Assembly (NCBI RefSeq): GCF_002075285.3
Contig: NZ_CP021983.2
Span: 5,370,001 to 5,402,000, forward strand
Reading direction: 5' to 3'
DNA from: Halomicronema hongdechloris C2206
GTDB lineage: Bacteria; Cyanobacteriota; Cyanobacteriia; Phormidesmidales; Phormidesmidaceae
DNA length: 32,000 nt
This document shows positions 6,279 to 13,391 of the stretch, in pieces. The translations under genes and the position numbers were made by a program. How positions within the stretch are numbered: position 1 is the stretch's first letter; each line of letters starts with the position of its first letter. The notes beneath the pieces are model-generated. The model was not told the DNA's origin and made no database searches. It saw only the letters and a program-made list of their open reading frames with translations.

Positions 6279-9032
6279 ATGACGCAAAGTCCTGGAAATC
6301 AACCTAGCTGGTGGGATCCTGTCCAAAAACTCTTGGACAAAAAGTATGTTGATTGGGGGGTTCCCAGTGTTTTTATCGCCATTGCAGTTAGTTATGCTAA
6401 GCCTCCTAATCCAGACTGGCGATCATTTGGTATTTTTCTGGGAATCGCAGCAGGAGCTTGGCTATTACTTCGGATTGGCAGCAGGCTACTGCCCTACTTC
6501 GATAAGCTACTGGACTGGATATTACGCAAGCTAGAGGAAGGCTGTGCTGAACTCACTGATCGCACTGAAGGCATTTATTACAGATACTTGAAAGCCGATT
6601 GCGAAGACTACGAAGGGCGAGGGTTCAATGCAGGAGGACTCAGCCTAGAAGCCGTCTATGTCCCCCTGAAGCTTTCGGAAAACGCGGCCAGAAATGTCTC
6701 TCAAGACATTGTCAGACAGCAGCGACGGGCATTTGACCCACAAGCCTTTCAAAGAATTGGCAAATTGATTTCGACCATTGGCAGCCCGAAAAGCCGTTGC
6801 TGACATCTGGTGATTTTGGGCGCTCCGGGTTCAGGCAAATCGACCTTGATGCGTCACATCACATTAATGTACGCCATTCGCAAACGGCGGCGACTACATC
6901 CACGAGTCCCAAAACTGCATCCGGTCTTATTGCGCCTACGAGAAATCTACGAACTCATTCTGGAACATCCTGAGCCATCCTTAGCTGACCTGACGAAGCA
7001 GTTCTTTCAAGGAAAATCTGGTGACCTGAAAGCCAAACTAGAGGAGAGTCCTCGATGGTTTGAGAAGCGGCTGCGCCGCGGTCGTTGCCTGGTAATGTTA
7101 GACGGCTTAGATGAAATTGCCGATGATAGCCAACGGCAAGCAGTCAGTCGGTGGGTAGATCGGCAACTCAAAGACTACTACGAGACGCCATTCATTCTGA
7201 CATCTCGACCGGATGCGTATAAAAAAGCGCCTCTCTATGAAAATGCCATTGAGCTTGAGGTACAGCCGTTCTCGACCAAGGAACGCAATACCTTTATCCA
7301 CAATTGGTGCTTCAACTGGCGCAAGAACACAACCGAGGGCAGAGTCAACACCGAGAAAGCTAGACAGCGGGCAGAAGGCTTGATCTATCAAATTGAGTCG
7401 TCTCCAACATTGCGACTCATGGCCACCAACCCATTGCTGTTGTCTTTGATGGCCCGCACCCATGTCGACAAGGGCAAACTGGCCAGCAAGCGAGTGGATC
7501 TCTACGGCGAGGTTTGCCAAGTGCTGCTAGAAGGACGACAACGCTACCGCAAGACAACGGAAGCGGTATTATCCGCCAGTCGTAAGCAGGGAATTTTGCA
7601 GCGCTTGGCCCTGGAGATGACCAAGGCCGGAATGCTCCAGTTCACCTTAGACAACAAACCCGCGAAAGAAGGGACGTATACTCAAGCAAAGGCCCTACTC
7701 CAAGCAGAACTCAGCCGCGTTCCTAGGCATGCGCCGACGCCAGAGGAATTTATCGGTAAAGATGAAGTTGGCGTGCGGGAACTGCTGAGCGATCGCCAGC
7801 AAGAAGGACTGTACGAATTTGCCCACCGCACCTTTCAGGAATATTTAACCGCCGCCGAACTGAAACGAACCGGACGGATCGACTGCTTGCTAAACGCCTT
7901 TGCGGTGGGTGAGCAAGCGTTGGCATGGTGGCGCGAAACCATTCGCTTTTATGCGGCTCAGGCAGATGCCACAGCCATTATTGAAGCGGCTTTGAAGGAA
8001 GAGCATCGTTCAGTTGCGGCTCTGGCCTTAGCCTATGAATGCCTGAACGATACGGAAAACCTCGATCCGGCAACTCAGCAAAAACTAGAACAAGAACTGG
8101 ACCGGGGGTTACATTCCAGCGATTTAGAAGAATTTCGTCTGGCCGCCAGAGTTCTGCTGTCGGTGCGCTTGAACCGCCTGAATACCGACATGCGAGAGCC
8201 GCAGACGATAACCGATGAAATCCCAGAGATAGAAGATTCCGAATACGTTACCTGGGCTGAATATCAGTTTGTGCAGGATCAAATATTGTTGCGAGAGATG
8301 GCAGAGTCCGAACGTTCCATGCCTTCGCCCAATCGCAAAGCCATCCCCGATGCTAAGCAGCCGGTGACAGGCATTGATATTTGGGATGCCTACCAATTTT
8401 GTGGTTGGCTCAGCCAAATGACTCAGAAGCAGTTTGGAGAAACAGCGCAGTATCGACCGCAGCAACCATTCGACGGCAGGATTCAGTTAGTTAGGTTTCG
8501 CGTGCCTGAACAGTATCAACCACTGGCCTACTATCTATCGACCGGACAATGGCAAAGGGCCGATCAGGAAACCATTAAGGTGATGCTTAAAGTCGCCGGC
8601 AAGAAAGATCAGGGCTATTTAAGCGTTGATGACATTAAACACTTCCCAGGTGTAGACTTGCGGCTGATCGATTTTTTATGGGTCACTTATAGCAATGGAC
8701 ACTTTGGCTTTAGTGTGCAAGAGCAAATCTGGCTAGAGGTAGGTGGTAAGCTAGATTTTGGCAGAGACAAACAAGCCGCCAGCGCGGCCTTCAAAAAAAT
8801 GAGCGATCGCAACGGCTGGCGGGTAAACGGAAACTATATCTCCTACAGCCAAGTAACTTTCGACACTTCTTCTGCCCCGGTGGGACACCTCCCTGGTGTG
8901 GTGGTTGTTTGCGGTGATGTCTCGGGGGGGGGTGGGGGCTGTGTGGATTGTGCTGGGGTTTTGGGGTCGTTGGACGATACGTGCTGGGGCATGGTATTTC
9001 TCTTCTCTCGCATCCAGACTTGTAAAGTCTAA
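6279..9032 (+). pseudogene. 2TM - NACHT NTPase - short FGE/SUMF1-like segment - GUN4-like domain protein, interrupted by one in-frame TGA (6801..6803)
   Basis: ORFs 6279..6803 and 6810..9032 are in the same frame, separated only by TGA-CAT-CTG. The N-terminus has two TM helices (VPSVFIAIAVSYA, FGIFLGIAAGAWLLLRIG). NACHT motifs are Walker A ILGAPGSGKSTL, Walker B CLVMLDGLDEI and ILTSRP. YVTWAEYQF...PVTGIDIWDAYQFCGWLS resembles an abbreviated FGE-sulfatase segment. The C-terminus (about 8520..8900) reads QWQRADQET...FPGVDLRLIDFLWVTYSNGHFGFSVQEQIW...GWRVNG...APVGHLP, which is the GUN4-domain signature. Confidence 0.8.
8924..8966 (+). repeat. G-run cluster (G9-T-G5 ... G4-TTTT-G4) inside the 3' end of the NACHT-GUN4 gene
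   Basis: Read directly: G9 at 8924..8932, G5 at 8934..8938, G4 at 8955..8958 and G4 at 8963..8966. It encodes SGGGGGC. Confidence 0.9.
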
Positions 9033-9238
9033 TTCATAGGCACTTCAGACATTCCTAAACTTTTATTGCCAGGTGCCGATCTGCGAGAACATGAGGGTTC
9101 CAGCGTTTTCTTACCTGGCACCGAGGTTGTTATCAATTTCTACGTACTGTTGTCAAATTGCATACCTGAAATCTCCGGATTCAGGGCATTGACCAAACCA
9201 CCTACAAACGAATTGCGTTGATTAACCCGACAGACCCT

Positions 9239-9265
9239 GTAGGGGCAAACGGCCGTTTGCCCTAC
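9239..9265. repeat. REP-like GC-rich palindrome (GTAGGGGCAAACGG/CCGTTTGCCCTAC), upstream copy
   Basis: 27-nt near-perfect palindrome with one C missing relative to the intragenic copy. It is preceded by the 16-mer GTTGATTAACCCGACA (9217..9232), which recurs at 9707..9722 inside the RAYT gene. Confidence 0.85.
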
Positions 9266-9323
9266 CACAGACAGACGATCCACAAACAGATAACCCACGA
9301 TTGGGCATCCACACCGAAAAATC

Positions 9324-9349
9324 GTAGGGGCGTACGCCGTACGCCCTCC
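9324..9349. repeat. Second REP-like palindrome variant (GTAGGGGCGTACG-C-CGTACGCCCTCC)
   Basis: Stem GGGCGTACG/CGTACGCCC is read directly. It shares the TCGTAGGGGC prefix with the 9748 copy. Confidence 0.75.
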
Positions 9350-9449
9350 AAACATTACGTCTATGACATTTGCCAGCATCTTTCCTAGCCACAAGATCCG
9401 CAACGGATCGATCTGGGAATCCTAACCTTATTCCCATGCGTCAATTCCC

Positions 9450-10040
9450 GTGCCATACAACCCCGACAAACACCACCGTCGGTCTATTCGTCTCAAGGGA
9501 TACAACTATTCATCCGCTGGGGCTTATTTCATCACCCTCTGCACCTTTCAGCGTCAGTGCCTATTTGGACGAATCATCGACGGCGCAATGCAATTGAATG
9601 AATGCGGCCAGATCATCGCCGAAGAATGGCTGCAATCCAGCAGCATCCGGCAGGAAATTGATTTCGATCAATGGGTGATTATGCCCAACCACCTGCATGG
9701 CATTGTGTTGATTAACCCGACACATCTGGTAGGGGTGCACGGCCGGATCGTAGGGGCAAACGGCCGTTTGCCCCTACAGCGAACGGGGCATTCGCAGCGC
9801 GTTGTTCCCCCGATGAAACCCCGTTCGCTGTCATCATTCATTGCCGGATTTAAATCTGCCACGACCAAACGCATCAATACTGCCCGCAATTCACCAAGAA
9901 CCCCAGTCTGGCAGCGCAATTATTATGACCACATCATCCGCAGTGAAGAGTCCCTCCAAAGAATTCAGCAATATATCCAAAACAATCCTGCTACCTGGCA
10001 AAATGACCAGCTAAATCCGTCTAATCCATCAAAGTTTTAG
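9450..10040 (+). CDS. REP-associated tyrosine transposase (RAYT; IS200/IS605-type Y1 HUH transposase)
   Basis: 196-aa ORF with a GTG start. It has the HUH motif MPNHLHGIV, the catalytic-Tyr region WQRNYYDHIIR and a typical N-terminus RRSIRLKGYNYSSAGAYFITLCT. An extra Gly/Arg-rich segment (THLVGVHGRIVGANGRLPLQRTGHS) sits between the two motifs. Confidence 0.85.
   Translation: MPYNPDKHHRRSIRLKGYNYSSAGAYFITLCTFQRQCLFGRIIDGAMQLNECGQIIAEEWLQSSSIRQEIDFDQWVIMPNHLHGIVLINPTHLVGVHGRIVGANGRLPLQRTGHSQRVVPPMKPRSLSSFIAGFKSATTKRINTARNSPRTPVWQRNYYDHIIRSEESLQRIQQYIQNNPATWQNDQLNPSNPSKF
9750..9777. repeat. Perfect 28-nt palindrome GTAGGGGCAAACGGCCGTTTGCCCCTAC embedded in-frame in the RAYT coding sequence
   Basis: Read directly; the two 14-nt arms are exact reverse complements. 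A half-copy, GTAGGGGTGCACGGCC, lies at 9729..9744. Confidence 0.9.
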
Positions 10041-10831
10041 CTGCCAAGATGCTTAATTGACAACTCCATCATGTCTATCAGATGCTGAGCCAGCACAGTC
10101 CGATGACAGCATTCCGGGTTTGCTTCCATACACACCAAAACACTCGGTTCAGACTTCAGTAACGACATTGCCCTGTGCAAGTCATCCCAGCGGTCCGACA
10201 GACCACACCGATATTCCTTAAACAGAGCCACATAGCTGTCCGTTGAGGACAAATTTGCTCTCGCTGAACCCGGAATCCCTAACCCCGGCAAATGCTGGTA
10301 ATCAATATCCAGCGCATTGCATAACCGCTTGAGAGTGCTCTTATGAAAACCATAGCGACGGGAAATCGGATTGTAGCGAACGTCAATTAACCTGCGAATA
10401 CCCGATCGCATCAGCAGATTCAAAAACTCATCAACGGTTTTGCCTTCGTAGCCAGCGGTATAAATCGCCTGATCAGCCACAGGGCGCTGTTCTCGGCGTT
10501 GCCTCGGCAAATCACTGTTCACCGTAAACCAGGGATAGTTGGCATAGACCGTATCGATCAAGGCTGAGCCAGAAAAATTGCCGTACTGCTGGGTGACAGC
10601 CGTAATGTCTTGAGCGATCGTCTTGGGTAGCTTAACTTCCTGCTCTTTGCCCAGAGTCGTCAACTGCCAAAGCCTATCGGCAGCCTTCTCCATAAAGCCA
10701 TTGCGAACCAACGTATCCGTTTCACGGTTCAGGGTGAATGAGTAGGGTCCATAACGATAGGGGATGAACTGATAGAAAGTCTTGCCGCCATGAGATTGCG
10801 TTTCCTGCCCCAGCAGAAATGCCCACTTCAT
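10037..10831 (-). CDS. DUF488-domain protein with an N-terminal wHTH/Panacea(DUF4065)-like module
   Basis: The C-terminal half (IYTAGYEGKTVDEFLNLLMRSGIRRLIDVRYNPISRR...VLVCMEANPECCHRTVLAQHL) is the DUF488 signature. The N-terminal part (LQLMKWAFLLGQE...FYQFIPYRYGPYSFTL) resembles the KLQKLLY...GP motif of DUF4065-type domains, which is a tentative reading. ATG 10831 is used because ORF-track codons 10832..10879 start at a TTG and are encoded by the IS end. Confidence 0.65.
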   Translation of the reverse strand: MKWAFLLGQETQSHGGKTFYQFIPYRYGPYSFTLNRETDTLVRNGFMEKAADRLWQLTTLGKEQEVKLPKTIAQDITAVTQQYGNFSGSALIDTVYANYPWFTVNSDLPRQRREQRPVADQAIYTAGYEGKTVDEFLNLLMRSGIRRLIDVRYNPISRRYGFHKSTLKRLCNALDIDYQHLPGLGIPGSARANLSSTDSYVALFKEYRCGLSDRWDDLHRAMSLLKSEPSVLVCMEANPECCHRTVLAQHLIDMMELSIKHLGS

Positions 10832-10842
10832 CAACTGTAGGG

Positions 10843-12322
10843 GAATGGCACTGACATAAGAGAGCAGAAAAGGCTTCAAGCGCTTGATCTGTAAGAATCG
10901 AAGTGTTGAAGCCCATAACTATGCCTCTATGATGCCGAATCGTGCCGAAGTCCTCAAGGAGAAATACCAGAACAGTATCGCTCTCCCGTTTGCTGAGGTG
11001 CTGCCGGAAGCTGAGATTCAGTCAGTGCTGAACGAGCAAGGAATCCGGTATCGCCGAGTGTTATACACGCCCATGGTGGTGCTCTGGAGTTGGCTCTCCC
11101 AAGTGCTCGATGTCGATGGTAGTCTCAGTCATGCCGTCAAGCGGGTGACGACCTGGATGAGCTTGTCGGGATTGACGGTGCCGTCAGCCGATACCGGGGG
11201 CTACAGTAAAGCGCGAAAACGTCTTCCCGAGTCAATTTTCCCGCCTTTGTTACAGCGGGTAGCGAGGGCCTTGCGACAGAAGGTGCCGCCCGCTCAACGG
11301 TGGTGTGGTCGTCCGGTCAAGGCCTTTGATGCGACGACCGTCTTGATGAGTGATACCGCAGCCAATCAAGCGGCGTATCCCCAACACAGCAATCAAAAAG
11401 CCGGCTGTGGCTTTCCCATTCTCAAGCTGCAGGTGTGGTTTTGTGTGACGACCGGCGCGGTCCTGGAGGTGGCGATGGCCCCCTTTCGGGTGAGTGAATG
11501 GCGCTTGGCCCGCCAACTCTATCGGAAGCTGCGCCCGGAGGATGTGGTGGTGGCCGATTCAGCCTATGGCACCTATGTGGATCTGGCCTGGGTCGCCTTG
11601 ACGGGAGCCGATGCCGTCTTTCGCAAGCATCATCAGCGCCGCTGTGATTTCAGGCGAGGCAAAAAATTAGGCATTGGCGACCACATCGTCCGTTGGCAGC
11701 GCCCGAAACAATACCCCAAGGCCCTCTCATCTGGGGAGCTTGGGGCCTTGCCCGAGTCGATTGAGGTGCGGGAAGTCTATCTCTCGATTCAGGTGCCTGG
11801 GTTTCGCCCCACCAACGTAGTGGTGGTGACCACGCTGAGAGACCCTAAACGCTATCCCAAAGCCAAATTGGCCGAACTCTATCACCGCCGTTGGCAGGCT
11901 AGCGAAGTCAATCTCAGGCATCTCAAGACCACCTTAGCCATGGAGATGATTGCGGCCAAAACGCCGGCCATGGTAACCAAAAGTATTTGGCTGCATTTGG
12001 TGAGCTACAATCTGCTGCGGACGCTGATGTGGGATGCCACAGCCCACTCTGAGGTCGGCGCTTTACGGGTCTCCCTGCAGGGCACTCGGCAACAATTCAA
12101 TCACTTCCGAGCCGAGTTCCTGCATCTGGCTCCATCCAAGCGAGGGCAGGGGTACCAAGCCTTGTTAAGCGCTGTGCGAGAGCTGATAATTCCCCCTCGA
12201 CCGAACCGCTCAGAACCTCGAGTCGTCAAACGTCGTCCTAAACCTTTTCCAAGAATGCAAGAACCCCGCTCGGTCCTGAAAGCTAAGCTGGTCGCTTGAT
12301 AGGGCTTACGTCAGTGCCATTC
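10843..12322 (+). mobile_element. IS4-family-like insertion sequence (~1.48 kb) with 18-bp terminal inverted repeats
   Basis: IRL is GAATGGCACTGACATAAG (10843..10860). IRR is CTTACGTCAGTGCCATTC (12305..12322), whose reverse complement is GAATGGCACTGACGTAAG, giving a 17/18 match. The repeats bracket a single DDE transposase ORF. No direct target duplication is visible beyond GG. Confidence 0.8.
10929..12299 (+). CDS. IS4-family DDE transposase
   Basis: ORF 10884..12299 has a TTG start, and the first ATG is 10929. The DDE context is VKAFDATTVLMSD, VVVADSAYGTY and YHRRWQASEVNLRHLK (a Y-x2-R...E-x6-K-like signature). Confidence 0.85.
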   Translation: MMPNRAEVLKEKYQNSIALPFAEVLPEAEIQSVLNEQGIRYRRVLYTPMVVLWSWLSQVLDVDGSLSHAVKRVTTWMSLSGLTVPSADTGGYSKARKRLPESIFPPLLQRVARALRQKVPPAQRWCGRPVKAFDATTVLMSDTAANQAAYPQHSNQKAGCGFPILKLQVWFCVTTGAVLEVAMAPFRVSEWRLARQLYRKLRPEDVVVADSAYGTYVDLAWVALTGADAVFRKHHQRRCDFRRGKKLGIGDHIVRWQRPKQYPKALSSGELGALPESIEVREVYLSIQVPGFRPTNVVVVTTLRDPKRYPKAKLAELYHRRWQASEVNLRHLKTTLAMEMIAAKTPAMVTKSIWLHLVSYNLLRTLMWDATAHSEVGALRVSLQGTRQQFNHFRAEFLHLAPSKRGQGYQALLSAVRELIIPPRPNRSEPRVVKRRPKPFPRMQEPRSVLKAKLVA

Positions 12323-12324
12323 GG

Positions 12325-12498
12325 TTATAGATAACTACTGGCCTGGCGGCTAAACATCAGGTGATATTGTCCCTGTAGTGCCATGAGCTGCTCGTGGCTA
12401 CCCTGTTCGATGATCTGCCCGTGCTCTAAGACGATGATGCGATCGCAGTGATCAACCTGATGAGAGCAGCGATCGCTATGATTGGAGAACAGCGACTG
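12325..12498 (-). pseudogene. 3'-terminal remnant (57 codons) of an ABC-transporter ATPase
   Basis: Reverse translation gives QSLFSNHSDRCSHQVDHCDRIIVLEHGQIIEQGSHEQLMALQGQYHLMFSRQASSYL*. The D-R-I-I-V-L-x-x-G-x-I-x-E-x-G-x-H-x-x-L tail is the conserved end of ABC exporter nucleotide-binding domains. The frame is closed by TGA at 12499..12501. There is no start codon, Walker A or signature motif. Confidence 0.6.
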
Positions 12499-12578
12499 TC
12501 AGACAACTCAGTTATTAGAATCACCTTCGCATTGCCACCCAACTCGCCAATAACTATCAACTTTCAGAACAGTACTTT

Positions 12579-12818
12579 ATGCAAATCACCATTCAAATCC
12601 CAGATGACCTCCAACAAAAGCTCACCCAGCGAGCCAGCCAGCTCAACATTCCCTTAGAAACCCTGATTTTGGAGTCCCTCGCCGACCTCGTTGAGCCATC
12701 AGATCCTGACGACACTCCCAAAGCAGTCGTGCTTGAGAGTCTGCGAGTGTCCCTAGAGGATGTCAAAGCAGGCAGAGTTTACCCCATCGAAGACCTCTGG
12801 AACGGCATTGATGAGTGA
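12579..12818 (+). CDS. Ribbon-helix-helix type II antitoxin (RelB/ParD-like)
   Basis: 79-aa ORF. MQITIQIPDDLQQKLTQRASQLNIPLETLILESL is an RHH-like N-terminus. Its stop overlaps the toxin start (ATGAGTGA, 12811..12818). Confidence 0.7.
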   Translation: MQITIQIPDDLQQKLTQRASQLNIPLETLILESLADLVEPSDPDDTPKAVVLESLRVSLEDVKAGRVYPIEDLWNGIDE

Positions 12819-13155
12819 ACCGCCTGCCGTCCAAATTCAGTTTTCCGCTGAATTCAAAACTCAGCTTCGCAGTCTGGCAAAGCGCTATCGTCAGATTCGT
12901 AGCGATCTCCAATCCCTAATCACTCGCCTGCAAGCCGGAGAGTTTCTAGGTGATCAGATACCGGGCACTGGATTTACAGTCTTCAAAGTCCGCGTCAAAA
13001 ACAGCGACATCCGCAAAGGCAAGCGAGTGGGCTACCGGGTGATTTATCAGGTGATTGAGCCAACCTCAGTGCTGCTGCTACTGATTTACGCCAAATCAGA
13101 TCGAACGGATGTGACAGCAGCAGAAATCCAGGCCGTCATCAAAGAATATCAGTGA
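12811..13155 (+). CDS. RelE/ParE-family toxin
   Basis: The internal ATG 12811 of ORF 12760..13155 is used. FKVRVKNSDIRKGKRVGYRVIYQVIEPTSVLLLLIYAKSDRTDVTAAEI is the KGKSGGYRVIY...IY-KS signature of RelE/HigB-like toxins. Confidence 0.8.
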   Translation: MSEPPAVQIQFSAEFKTQLRSLAKRYRQIRSDLQSLITRLQAGEFLGDQIPGTGFTVFKVRVKNSDIRKGKRVGYRVIYQVIEPTSVLLLLIYAKSDRTDVTAAEIQAVIKEYQ

Positions 13156-13391
13156 ACAGAAACTGTCATAAATCACTGTCTGCAACATCAACTGCTGCCC
13201 CTGTGGGCAATCGCTGGTAAGCAAAACCTTCAGGGCATGGGTCCGTCAGTCGAGCCAGATCTTGCTGGCGATCGCCCCCTGACCCCCCGGCGGGAACGCG
13301 ATTGAGTCATGGGAGCAAACGCTCTGATTAAAGTAGTAAGTGCTCAGCACACAGCAATGCCATGAAAATCAGCAGCCATACGAACACTTCT

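Noticed and set aside
6801-6803. The TGA in the NACHT gene as a selenocysteine or programmed recoding site.
   Set aside because: No SECIS-like stem-loop is visible in the 50 nt downstream, and nothing in NACHT biology calls for Sec at this position. Nonsense mutation, sequencing error or re-initiation are more economical explanations.
7107-8465. Antisense ORFs 7107..7520 (137 aa) and 8124..8465 (113 aa) inside the NACHT gene.
   Set aside because: They lie entirely within a well-supported coding frame on the opposite strand and their products show no motifs. They are typical shadow ORFs of GC-rich coding DNA. The same applies to 2178..2429, 2941..3198, 23883..24254 and 26999..27424.
9140-9437. 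Minus-strand ORFs 9140..9403 and 9222..9437 upstream of the RAYT gene.
   Set aside because: Their frames run through the REP-like palindromes and give Gly/Arg/Cys-rich nonsense. The region is better explained as repeat-bearing intergenic DNA.
10832-10879. The 5' extension of the DUF488 ORF (MKPFLLSYVSAIPLQL) given in the ORF track.
   Set aside because: The extension starts at a TTG, and codons 1-13 are encoded by the IS4 left inverted repeat. It is therefore a fortuitous read-through from the IS end. The ATG at 10831 is the plausible native start.
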